NCBI GenBank assembly: GCA_963662315.1 | Contig: OY759353.1 | Location: forward strand, 800,001-864,000 | Length of the DNA stretch: 64,000 nt | From: Geopsychrobacteraceae bacterium | GTDB lineage: Bacteria; Desulfobacterota; Desulfuromonadia; Desulfuromonadales; Geopsychrobacteraceae | Direction of reading: 5' to 3' | Shown here: piece after piece, positions 43,350-52,379 of the stretch | Layout: every line of letters starts with the position of its first letter | Numbering within the stretch: position 1 is the first letter of the stretch | Notes under the pieces: model-generated | Told to the model about the DNA's origin: nothing | Database searches by the model: none | What the model saw: only the letters and a program-made list of their open reading frames with translations | Translations under genes and position numbers: made by a program

Positions 43350-44249
43350 TCAGGCTACTCCTCCAAATTTAAGTAAGGCGGCAACGCCTTTACAGGTTGC
43401 GATGTCGCTACTGAGACTGACCGCATTGATATTGTTCTCTGCTAAAGCCAGCAGATAACGCTGACACAGTTGATCCGAACCGATGACGACGACGGTATCA
43501 TTCCTGGTGAGGTAATGGGTTGCCTCATTAAGCTCATGGCCGAGCAACAGGCCTGAAATATATGAAGACACCTCAGAGGTATCGAGACGTCCATCCAGCA
43601 TTCTGGTGCGTCCGGTAAATAATTGATGCAACAAACCTCCGCAAACCTCGTCCGCAGCTGCGATTCCTTCCAGAAAAGGTTGTTCACAAAAGGGGTCACT
43701 TGCTGTACAGCCAAGAATGGTTTCACCCAGCCCCTGAAAAACATCACCGGTCATAAAGGTCGAAAAATCGATAATCGTACCATCCGTGACACGCGCCCAT
43801 TTACTGTGAGTTCCAGGCAGGCAAAGCAAGGCTGAATCAATGTTGAGATGATTTATGGCTCCGAAAATCTGGATTTCTTCCCCGCGGATGACGTCACTGC
43901 TTTTATCGCTCTTTTCGACCCTGATTCCAGGAACCAGATAACCATCGACTTGTGCAGGAAGGGCGAGCAAGGCGTCACGTAAATCTGAAATGCGCGTCGG
44001 CACCTCGCAATAAGGTGCTTCAATCCAACCATTTTTTGAACCCGCCATACCGCTGATAACGACCGTACCGACCTTATCATCCGAAAAATGGCTGACCAGT
44101 TCGGCCAGAATCTGGGGGTAGTCCTCGCGGGACAGAAACTTGATCCCGCGAGGACTGCTTATCGATTTCAGAATAGTTCCGTCCGCCTTGCATAAGTAGG
44201 CGCGTAAGTTGGTGGTTCCCCAATCAATGACTAGCATGGCTGACCTCAT
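43350..44249 (-). CDS. dgoK: 2-dehydro-3-deoxygalactonokinase
   Basis: IDWGTTNLRA, GMAGS..GW.EAPY, DVIRGEE.Q, LPGTHSKW, TFMTG, SGLLLGHE. Confidence 0.88.
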   Translation of the reverse strand: MRSAMLVIDWGTTNLRAYLCKADGTILKSISSPRGIKFLSREDYPQILAELVSHFSDDKVGTVVISGMAGSKNGWIEAPYCEVPTRISDLRDALLALPAQVDGYLVPGIRVEKSDKSSDVIRGEEIQIFGAINHLNIDSALLCLPGTHSKWARVTDGTIIDFSTFMTGDVFQGLGETILGCTASDPFCEQPFLEGIAAADEVCGGLLHQLFTGRTRMLDGRLDTSEVSSYISGLLLGHELNEATHYLTRNDTVVVIGSDQLCQRYLLALAENNINAVSLSSDIATCKGVAALLKFGGVA

Positions 44250-46408
44250 AACGGACTGGTCGCTCTTTGGTCAACCGGGTACGGAACGCACCCTTTTTCG
44301 GAACTGGATACGTCGTACATGAGGTTGCAGGCAGCTATGTCAAGCACGCGGTCTTGCATCATGGCCATGCGCTCAGCAACCATTTCAGCTCGCTCAGGCA
44401 GACTGTCGTATGGAATAACCTCCCCTTTGACCAGTCGTAGCGGATCGATAATATCCAGATGCTTTTTGCTGATCCGTAACCACATCAGGTCGCCATTATC
44501 GAGTTTACCTATACCTCCCCCATCAAACGCTTCTGGCGTGACATGGCCGATACAGGCACCTTTGGTGACCCCGGAGTAACGACCATCCGTGATGAGCAGA
44601 GATGACGCTTCGAGTAATGTATGGTGTTTCAAATTTTGCCCCGGAGCAAACATTTCAGGCATGCCGTAAGCACGAGGACCCTGACCGGCAATAACAAACG
44701 CAAAGGAGAGATAACCTTTTTTCAGCAGGCTGGTAAAATCCTCTTTAACGAACTTCGTCACCTCGCCTTTTGAATTATATTCAAGGAACTTAGATATGAC
44801 TTCTTGAGGCATTTTCTCAATCAAGGCTAAAAGATCGTCAAAGATTTTAATACTCGACATCTGATCGAGACAGGCACGTTCGTGCTCAAAATAATCAACA
44901 ATAAAAATGTGGTCATCAAAATGGGTAAGCTGCCGGTCGGTCATGCCGGCCAGCTTGACGACGCTTGAGGACATGAAGTTGCCACGCAGAACCTCCACCC
45001 CAGAGGCATCTCGAACCGGCTTGGTGCGAATAACCGATTGTTCATCAAAACCACCGACGACAGGTTCGTTAAGGTCCTTGATCCGTTCGCCCCAGGTTTG
45101 CCCGGTAACGGTGGGAGCGTCGAGATCCATATGACAGCCCAGATCCGCCAGAACCCGGTAGAGACTCTCCATACCTTTACTTTTGCCCGACGCGTATTGT
45201 TGAGCCAGGACGAAGGTGTCGCGCTTGGCGGTCAGGCTGTGGGCAAAAATTTCCGGAACCGGAGTGGCTTCGCGAATCCGTTCATAATCCCAGATCGAGA
45301 CGTCAAATCCGGCATAGCGCATTATAGCCGGCAGATGAAGCATGATATTGGAGGAACTGCCGGTTGCGTTATGAATACGTACTGCGTTGGCGAAGTTTTT
45401 GTGCAGGATATTGGTAATCCGGTATTCTTCTTTGTTCAAACAGTTCCAAAGCATATCGACACATTCGGCGACAATCTCTGGTGCCGGTGCGTCCATCAGC
45501 AATTCAGCACGTGAAGGGGTAAGTCCCAGAGCACTGACCAGTGTTCGCGATGAGTTGCCGGTGCCATTAAAAGCACACACCCCACCTTTGTGATGACAGG
45601 TTGCAGCGGCAAGATCATCCATGATGGAGCGGCATTCTTCTTCACTGATCAGCTCATAACCGACAGCACGTTTCATCAGTCCGAAAAAGGCTTCGTCAGA
45701 TGAACACTGAAGAATGTAGCGCATATTCTCCGCGATATCCCCGGCTAGATCGTCAAGCCCTTTCGCGCGGGCCCTGGTCATAATGTCCTGAAGTTTTTCT
45801 GCCGTACCTGGGCGGATTGTCCCCCCTCTTAAAACGTGGGATGGGATAAAGACTGACCAGACCGGAGAGGATCCCCTCCCCTTGTGCATGCGGGCCCGAT
45901 CTGCGGCAGCCAGACCGCTCATAACAGCTGACGGGAACTTGTCGCAACTTGAAAGAACATAGGCAGCATGGTAGGAGTGCCCCTCAAAGGTGATATTAAC
46001 CGCTGCTGCTGTATCATTTCTTGATACCAGTGAATAACTCTGGCCAATGTTGTTCTGGGCTGTTCCATCACAAATAACCGGGATAGAAAAATGGAAAGGG
46101 ACACCGCCATTTTCCCAGATTCTTAAGACGGCAAGGCTGATGTGCAAATCATCGCGCAAATGTGCGGGATGATCGATGGAGCCTGAGATAACAGCCACCC
46201 TGGGTTTGTTGTTGACCAATCGTTCGACGATATCATCAAGGGTCACTTCCCCCGGATTCAGTGCCGGGTCAATATTCCGCACAAAATCCCAGGATCTATT
46301 TATAGTATGTAAAACACAGATAGGCTCGTTGGCCAATCCCTGGATACATTCACGATAAGGGTTGAAATCTTCTTTGATAACCACATCTATTTTATATTGA
46401 TCAGACAT
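44246..46408 (-). CDS. divergent IlvD/Edd family [Fe-S] dehydratase
   Basis: VICDG, SCDK, GGVCAFNGTGNS, GSSSNIMLHL, GPRAYGMPEM, LITDGRYSG, CIGHVTPEA; start at MSDQYK after GAGG (GTG at 46474 also possible). Confidence 0.8.
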   Translation of the reverse strand: MSDQYKIDVVIKEDFNPYRECIQGLANEPICVLHTINRSWDFVRNIDPALNPGEVTLDDIVERLVNNKPRVAVISGSIDHPAHLRDDLHISLAVLRIWENGGVPFHFSIPVICDGTAQNNIGQSYSLVSRNDTAAAVNITFEGHSYHAAYVLSSCDKFPSAVMSGLAAADRARMHKGRGSSPVWSVFIPSHVLRGGTIRPGTAEKLQDIMTRARAKGLDDLAGDIAENMRYILQCSSDEAFFGLMKRAVGYELISEEECRSIMDDLAAATCHHKGGVCAFNGTGNSSRTLVSALGLTPSRAELLMDAPAPEIVAECVDMLWNCLNKEEYRITNILHKNFANAVRIHNATGSSSNIMLHLPAIMRYAGFDVSIWDYERIREATPVPEIFAHSLTAKRDTFVLAQQYASGKSKGMESLYRVLADLGCHMDLDAPTVTGQTWGERIKDLNEPVVGGFDEQSVIRTKPVRDASGVEVLRGNFMSSSVVKLAGMTDRQLTHFDDHIFIVDYFEHERACLDQMSSIKIFDDLLALIEKMPQEVISKFLEYNSKGEVTKFVKEDFTSLLKKGYLSFAFVIAGQGPRAYGMPEMFAPGQNLKHHTLLEASSLLITDGRYSGVTKGACIGHVTPEAFDGGGIGKLDNGDLMWLRISKKHLDIIDPLRLVKGEVIPYDSLPERAEMVAERMAMMQDRVLDIAACNLMYDVSSSEKGCVPYPVDQRATSPL

Positions 46409-46503
46409 AGTGTGTACCTCTGGTCTAAGTGTCAATAAGTCAACATCACCTGTGTTTCTTATTGAGTACTCCACCTGTTCCGGGCAGAGTACTTAATATT
46501 TGA

Positions 46504-47826
46504 TCAGCTACCCAGCCACAGAGAAATTCCTGGAAAGGTCAGCACCAGCCCCAGTGCAATTAACTGCATGATGATAAATGGCCAAACTGATTTGTAAATA
46601 TCATAGAGAGTTATATCCGGCGGTGCGACACTCTTTAGATAGAAGGCAGCGGGCCCGAAAGGTGGGGAAAGAAATGAAACCTGCATATTGATACAGAAGA
46701 CGACACCGAACCAGATCGGGTCATAGCCAAGAGATTTGATAATCGGGACAAATATCGGCATGGTCAGCATGACAATACCAATCCAGTCGAGGAACATGCC
46801 GAGCAGTAACAGGATAGCCATCATAATCAGGATGATGACCATGGGGTGAACATCTAGCCCAAGGATTGCCTGTTCAACAAATCGTTTACCACCCATGAGG
46901 TTATAAATACCGACCACGGCGCTGGCACCGATACCGATCCAGATGATCATACCGCAGGTGCGCATGGTCTGGCGTAAAGCTGAATGGACGATATCATGGG
47001 TCAGTTCTTTACGGATGATCGCTGAGACGATAACGCCGACAACCCCCATACAGGCCGCTTCAGTAACAGAGGCAATTCCGCCGTAAATACTCCCCAAGAC
47101 CCAGACGACGATGGTCAGTGGCAGCAGTACATCGCCACAAGCTTTCAGTTTTTCCTTAGTCGACATGGCGATTTCATTGGCCGGTGCTGGAGGTCCCATG
47201 GCAGGGTTCAGATTGCAACGAATCAGGACGTAAGAGATATACATGGAGACCAGCATGATCCCGGGAATAACGGCAGCCGTAAAAAGATCACCAATCGATA
47301 CGTTCGACGTCATACCGTACATGATCAGCACAATGCTGGGCGGTATCATCGTCCCCAGGGACCCACCGGCAACGACAGATCCGATAGCAAGGTTACGATC
47401 ATAGCCCAGACGTAGCATCTGGGGCAGAGCAAGCATACCGAGTAGAACTGTTTCACCGCCGATAATACCGGACATCGCTGCCAGTAATGCCGCAACAACA
47501 ACTGTCTGGACTCCGACCCCACCTTTCAGGCGACCGGCGATGATGCGCATGGCATTATACAAGTCCCGGGCAACACCCGTTTTATCCAGCAGACTTGCCA
47601 TGAAGACAAACATCGGTATGGCGACCAGTGAGTATTCTGTAACAAAAGAAAAAACACGTGTCCCAATCATGCCGATGGCCATCTGGCCAAACCAGCCAAA
47701 GGTAAAGAACAGGGCCACAAGTCCAGTCAAAAAACCGAGAGGCATGCCGATCAGAAGTAACGCAACCATCAGAACGAAAATCAGTAAGGTGGCAGCTCCT
47801 ATTCCCATTGCACTTAAACCCAACAT
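46504..47826 (-). CDS. TRAP transporter large permease DctM
   Basis: LVAIPMFVFM, GSLGTMIPPSI, TEAA, LSPPFG. Confidence 0.93.
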   Translation of the reverse strand: MLGLSAMGIGAATLLIFVLMVALLLIGMPLGFLTGLVALFFTFGWFGQMAIGMIGTRVFSFVTEYSLVAIPMFVFMASLLDKTGVARDLYNAMRIIAGRLKGGVGVQTVVVAALLAAMSGIIGGETVLLGMLALPQMLRLGYDRNLAIGSVVAGGSLGTMIPPSIVLIMYGMTSNVSIGDLFTAAVIPGIMLVSMYISYVLIRCNLNPAMGPPAPANEIAMSTKEKLKACGDVLLPLTIVVWVLGSIYGGIASVTEAACMGVVGVIVSAIIRKELTHDIVHSALRQTMRTCGMIIWIGIGASAVVGIYNLMGGKRFVEQAILGLDVHPMVIILIMMAILLLLGMFLDWIGIVMLTMPIFVPIIKSLGYDPIWFGVVFCINMQVSFLSPPFGPAAFYLKSVAPPDITLYDIYKSVWPFIIMQLIALGLVLTFPGISLWLGS

Positions 47827-47831
47827 AGTCG

Positions 47832-48371
47832 CTACTCCTCTTCTCTGTAAGTTCTGATTTTTTTAATCAGATGCAAGAGCGCCTGCAGAACCAGGATACA
47901 GAAAACAACAAGGATAAAAATCTTGGTAACCGTTGGCCAGACACTGTTCATGGCAGAACCTGAACGCTGCATGTAAAGGTCGCCAGCCGGGGTAAAAATA
48001 GCCCTTGAGGTCATGTACCACATGGCATAAGTGCCACCGACAGAAAATATCAGTACGAGGAAGTCAACAAAAATGGCGATACGCTTCTGCCATTTTTTGG
48101 AAAACAGGTCACGCACCAGCTGTACGGAGATATGACTGTCGTTACTGTAACAATAGATACCACCATAGGCCATGGCCATACCGACGATTGCAATCGTGGT
48201 CTCATGCACCCACACCGTCGGGGAATTGAAGAAATAGCGCATGATAACTTCGTAAAAACTGATGACAACAGCGAGGACATAAAGCCACGTGACCACATCA
48301 CCAAGTTTTAAGATCCAACGATCCAGTGCCGTATCACACTGATCGACCAAAAGGTCTTCTTGCTCTTCCAT
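47832..48371 (-). CDS. TRAP transporter small permease DctQ
   Basis: YEVIMRYFFNSPTVWVHE, HISV; four TM segments. Confidence 0.9.
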   Translation of the reverse strand: MEEQEDLLVDQCDTALDRWILKLGDVVTWLYVLAVVISFYEVIMRYFFNSPTVWVHETTIAIVGMAMAYGGIYCYSNDSHISVQLVRDLFSKKWQKRIAIFVDFLVLIFSVGGTYAMWYMTSRAIFTPAGDLYMQRSGSAMNSVWPTVTKIFILVVFCILVLQALLHLIKKIRTYREEE

Positions 48372-48402
48372 AACAATCCCTGCCGTTAAAGAGAAAACTG
48401 TT

Positions 48403-48437
48403 AAAAAGGGTCCCTTTCATTATGTCCGGGACCCTTT
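48403..48437 (-). terminator. intercistronic hairpin after dctP
   Basis: AAAGGGTCCC / GGGACCCTTT stem with a T run on the minus strand. Confidence 0.6.
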
Positions 48438-48453
48438 CGGTCAAGCCATTAGA

Positions 48454-49458
48454 TTACTTCTTGGACTCCCAATATTTAGCAACAGCGTCAGCCCATTCTT
48501 TGGCTATCGGAGAGTTGGACCATTTTGGCCATTGGGTTTTGGCAACTGCACGGAACTTGGCAACTTCAGACTCTGGCCAGGAAATAACTTCGATCCCTTT
48601 GGCTTTGGCTTCCTTAACAGCGGCGATATCAAGTTTGTGGTGCTCTGCCACCATATAATCACGGAAGCGTTTAACATCGTCCATGAGGATTTTCTGCAGA
48701 TCCGCAGGCAGAGACTTCCATACATCAAGGTTTAATGTCAGCTGCATAGTCGGCATGGAGTGAAAGCCCGGGTAAATCGGATAACGGGCGATGTCGTTCA
48801 TCCCCTGAGCCTGGTTGGTGGCGAAAACGGTGTAGTCAGACGCGTCAATAACGCCTTTTTCGAGCGAAGTATAAACTTCCGAACCCGGCAGGTTAACAGG
48901 GGTGGCGCCGACAGCAGCGAAAACATTGTTAACCATCCCTTGAGGAGCGCGCAGTTTGATCCCTTTCAGGTCGGCTACGCTACGGATTGGCTTTTTGGAT
49001 ACGAAAGCTTCAACACCGGTGCAGGCAACGCCAACCAATTTGACATTATATTGATTGAGGAGCTTGTCGAAAATCTCGAAACCACCACCATTTTCCATCA
49101 TATCAAACAACTGTGACGGATCACTCCAGGCACCGACCATGTTGCCAATCAGAGAGAACGCAGGATCTTTACCGGCAAAATAGGAGGGGTCGGTTGATTC
49201 CATCTGGATAATATTAGCGCCGACAGCGTCAAGCGTTTCAGTGTATTTGACAACTGAATCGGCAGGCATAATAGAGATCTCAATACGACCACCGGTATCT
49301 TCTTTTACCCATTTGGCGAACTGCTCAAGAAAACGAGTAACATCGTCCCCGGCAGCACCCGAGGTCTGAAGTGCCCAGTTATACTCTGCGGCAACTGATG
49401 TCCCGGCAAACATGGCGACTAATGCCACTACAGCCAACAACTTCTTACCAATCTTCAT
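48454..49458 (-). CDS. TRAP transporter substrate-binding protein DctP
   Basis: Signal peptide; SKKPIRSVADLKGIKLRAP, EVYTSLEKGVIDA. Confidence 0.92.
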   Translation of the reverse strand: MKIGKKLLAVVALVAMFAGTSVAAEYNWALQTSGAAGDDVTRFLEQFAKWVKEDTGGRIEISIMPADSVVKYTETLDAVGANIIQMESTDPSYFAGKDPAFSLIGNMVGAWSDPSQLFDMMENGGGFEIFDKLLNQYNVKLVGVACTGVEAFVSKKPIRSVADLKGIKLRAPQGMVNNVFAAVGATPVNLPGSEVYTSLEKGVIDASDYTVFATNQAQGMNDIARYPIYPGFHSMPTMQLTLNLDVWKSLPADLQKILMDDVKRFRDYMVAEHHKLDIAAVKEAKAKGIEVISWPESEVAKFRAVAKTQWPKWSNSPIAKEWADAVAKYWESKK

Positions 49459-49535
49459 ACATGTCTCCTTCTACTGGGTTTGTGCTTCCGATAATGGAAG
49501 CAGGTTAAGAAACATTACAAATCCGATTGTACGCG

Positions 49536-50291
49536 TTACTGCTGGTTCTGCTGGTCTAACAATATGATTCCGGTAGTTTGCAGACCAAGGTCTCTGATGG
49601 TGTTACTTAAAACCTTAGCCATGCGCAGGTAGGCTTGCTGAGAGTTGCGACTTTCAATTGCTTCAAGAACAGACCTATGAGCTTCCAGGCTGTTGAGGGT
49701 GTTTTTGGTTGCCCGGTTAGATTGATAAATAGTGTGGTAAAGCGCAGCACGAATAGTACCGCCGAACTGAGATATGAAGAGGTTGCCACTTGCTCTCATA
49801 ATCGTTTTGTGAAACTCGATATCCGCCTCATTATCCATGAATACCTCAGCACCATTGGCGCCTTCTACGCTTTCAGCCATACGTTGATAATGATGACGCA
49901 GTTCGAGCAGATTATCGTCATTAGCGCGTAATGCTGCCAATGAAGCAGCCTGGGGTTCAATAATCAGGCGCAGTTCGAGCAGAGACAGCAAAAAACGGCT
50001 TTGCGTCAGAGCCCCACAACTCCAGCCCAGCACCTCTTCATCAAGAAGGTTCCAAGAGTGAATACCCATGACACGGGTTCCAATATTGGTTTTTCGGGCA
50101 ATGAAGCCCTTACTTTCAAGAGTCTTCAAGATGTCGCGCACCATGGTCCGGCTGACACCGAAATTTTCAGATAACGCTATTTCATTCGGCAATGCCTCTT
50201 CGGTCTTAATTTTACCTTCAATTATAAGACGTGCCAGATATTCCAGAATATTTTTCTTATTTAGAGGTATTTCATCTGGTAGCGAGAACAT
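49536..50291 (-). CDS. GntR/FadR family repressor (DgoR-like)
   Basis: LPNE..L...FGVSRT.VR HTH, WNLLDEEVLGW, FCD domain (DIEFH, SGN, H). Confidence 0.9.
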   Translation of the reverse strand: MFSLPDEIPLNKKNILEYLARLIIEGKIKTEEALPNEIALSENFGVSRTMVRDILKTLESKGFIARKTNIGTRVMGIHSWNLLDEEVLGWSCGALTQSRFLLSLLELRLIIEPQAASLAALRANDDNLLELRHHYQRMAESVEGANGAEVFMDNEADIEFHKTIMRASGNLFISQFGGTIRAALYHTIYQSNRATKNTLNSLEAHRSVLEAIESRNSQQAYLRMAKVLSNTIRDLGLQTTGIILLDQQNQQ

Positions 50292-50322
50292 TTTAGTCTC
50301 CTTTAATCAACCTATCGGCTTG

Positions 50323-50337
50323 ATTTGTATTACAAAT
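50323..50337. promoter_or_regulatory. DgoR/FadR-type operator palindrome
   Basis: ATTTGTA-T-TACAAAT perfect 7-1-7 dyad, immediately downstream of the -10; core TTGTAnTACAA resembles the DgoR motif. Confidence 0.7.
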
Positions 50338-50363
50338 AATAGGGGAATATTCTTATCCGTCAA
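50336..50363 (-). promoter_or_regulatory. sigma70 promoter of the sugar-acid cluster regulator
   Basis: Minus strand TTGACG-16 bp-TATTAT. Confidence 0.6.
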
Positions 50364-50454
50364 TATATTTTTTAAAAAAATGTTCTAATATAAAAAGAAT
50401 GAATATTCATTGCAGTGATAATATGATGATACTTGGATGGTGGAAGTTGAAAAA

Positions 50455-50625
50455 GAAGCGGCCGCTTACTGACCTGCCGACCAGCCCCTTCGGGTCCCCT
50501 CCCCTTCAACCCGGGTCAGATACAATCCAGCCAGCGGACATATAAGTATTAACCCCGTCTTTGATCGGTGCCAGGTTCCGCCATGAGTGGACTAGGTTCG
50601 GTTTGATCGCGGGACCAGCCTAAAG
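50455..50625 (-). ncRNA. orphan structured element resembling an IS110-family non-coding end
   Basis: GC-rich fold closed by GGTCCC/GGGACC with two internal-loop hairpins; IS110 resemblance is from recall; no transposase adjacent. Confidence 0.4.
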
Positions 50626-50631
50626 AACTGC

Positions 50632-51549
50632 TCAGGTTTCATCATAGCTCCCTTCAATCGCATGAATAAGATCAACAATCAGAGCGTTATAAGGGGTCGG
50701 TACCCCATACAGTTTTGCCTGCTCAACAACGGCACCGTTGATCTTGTCAATTTCGGTCAGCACCTTACGCTGGCGATCCTGATACATGGAGGAATAGCCA
50801 TCAGGAACATCTTCACACACCTTGCGCACCATTTCTAATGCTTCGCGCCGATCAAAGTAGGTTCCGTCGGCTTCTGCGACATCGACAGCTTCGTAAACAA
50901 CCCGGCGGGCAAAATCCCAGGCATACTTATTGCGCGCCATGTAACCAATCTTGGTTTGCAGTAGTGCGGTCAAGGTATTGATGGACATATTAATGAACAA
51001 TTTGCTCCAGATAATTCGCTGAATATCGTCGGATATGACAACTTCAAACCCAGCAGAGGATAAAATTTCTCCGGCCCTGATATCGGAACGGGAAGCGGGA
51101 TCCATGGTGCCCAGAGTCGTTGCGCCACTGGCGGTATGATGAACCTGGCCTGGCCCGAAGGTTACGCAGTTGTGTTTTGAAGTGCCGATGACGATATTCT
51201 CTTTTTCCGCAAAATTCAGAATGTCGCGGTCGTTGCCTGCTCCATTTTGCAAGGTCATGACCAGGGTGTTCTTGTTGATCAGGGATTTATTGGCGGCAAG
51301 TGCCTCATAAGTATGAATCGACTTAACAAAAACGATAAGCAGTTCAACCGCGCCGATGTCTGTTCCGCTGACAACCGCTTGTGGGTGAAAAATCTTGTCA
51401 ATCTCTCCTTCGCGCAGCAACAACCCCTTATCATTGATACTGTCGACCTGCTGGGGAGAAATATCAATCAAAGTCACGTCATGATGTTCAGAGAGGTAGG
51501 ATCCATACAGGCATCCCATAGCACCTGCACCAAGTACAGCTATTTTCAT
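50632..51549 (-). CDS. ketopantoate reductase family protein
   Basis: MKIAVLGAGAMG, FVKS, TLQNG, IWSKL..N, SSMYQD, TEIDKING. Confidence 0.88.
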   Translation of the reverse strand: MKIAVLGAGAMGCLYGSYLSEHHDVTLIDISPQQVDSINDKGLLLREGEIDKIFHPQAVVSGTDIGAVELLIVFVKSIHTYEALAANKSLINKNTLVMTLQNGAGNDRDILNFAEKENIVIGTSKHNCVTFGPGQVHHTASGATTLGTMDPASRSDIRAGEILSSAGFEVVISDDIQRIIWSKLFINMSINTLTALLQTKIGYMARNKYAWDFARRVVYEAVDVAEADGTYFDRREALEMVRKVCEDVPDGYSSMYQDRQRKVLTEIDKINGAVVEQAKLYGVPTPYNALIVDLIHAIEGSYDET

Positions 51550-51664
51550 AATTTTACCCGTCAGAAAAATTTAAAAGCGCACTTATAGGGTACCAGCAGG
51601 CAACCCGAGTATCATTCAGTTGTCACCAGGAAACTCCGAAGGACAACGGCCAAGTTTTCAGATT

Positions 51665-51784
51665 GGAAACGAGCAATTTTTCGTTGTGGCAAGGAAATCA
51701 AGGGGTTGCACGGAGGCGTAGTACTTTACGCCGCACACGAAAACCCGCAGATTGGCACCGCCACAACGGAAAAGGGCCGTTTCC
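51665..51784. repeat. ~120-bp palindromic MITE/REP-like element
   Basis: Imperfect terminal inverted repeats GGAAACG..TTTTCGTTGTGGC / GCCACAACGGAAAA..CGTTTCC; central hairpin GGCGTA/TACGCC. Confidence 0.6.
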
Positions 51785-51797
51785 GGATAAAAGCCAA

Positions 51798-52355
51798 TTA
51801 GAAAAAACCAGCGATCCCCGGCAAGGGCCCCTCTTTCAACATTTTAACAACGTGCCTAGCCAGCAGATCATATTTTGCAGCATAGACAGGCTCGACATGT
51901 TCATCTTCAGGAATCGCAGCAATCACATCCTTCAGGCTGCTCAACTCACGGTAAAAACCAAGTGTGGTATTGCCGGCTTTTTTCTTCATTTCAAGTTCAA
52001 ACAGGGCGTAATCAAGGGGGTACGGGATACTGTCAGTCGCCACCTGGCAATGTTCAAATGCCAGCTTTTTAAGCTCAGAATCGACTTTGGCCCAGCTCTT
52101 CAGGATTGTTTCCCGAGGGTTTTCAATATTCGAAGACAATTCACTTTTTAACAATACTGGATCATCCAGGATATGGTTTGCGCGCTGGATCACCTTTTCA
52201 AGTTCCGTATAAAACCTGCCGATCGTTGGTGCTGACAACTGCTTTTTTTTCTTAACCCGCTTTAGCACTAATGGAATTATAAATAGTGAAATAACAAGGA
52301 TAATAAGAGGCTTCGATATTTCAGAGGCAAGTCGAATGATTAAATCAGTATTCAC
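51798..52355 (-). CDS. hypothetical membrane-anchored protein
   Basis: 185-aa ORF with one N-terminal TM helix followed by a basic patch; 24 bp downstream of the resolvase. Confidence 0.55.
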   Translation of the reverse strand: MNTDLIIRLASEISKPLIILVISLFIIPLVLKRVKKKKQLSAPTIGRFYTELEKVIQRANHILDDPVLLKSELSSNIENPRETILKSWAKVDSELKKLAFEHCQVATDSIPYPLDYALFELEMKKKAGNTTLGFYRELSSLKDVIAAIPEDEHVEPVYAAKYDLLARHVVKMLKEGPLPGIAGFF

Positions 52356-52379
52356 GCATTTATCCAGTACTTCAACAGG

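Noticed and set aside
51663..52151. 162-aa + strand ORF
   Set aside because: Begins inside the palindromic repeat and is antisense to the 185-aa ORF
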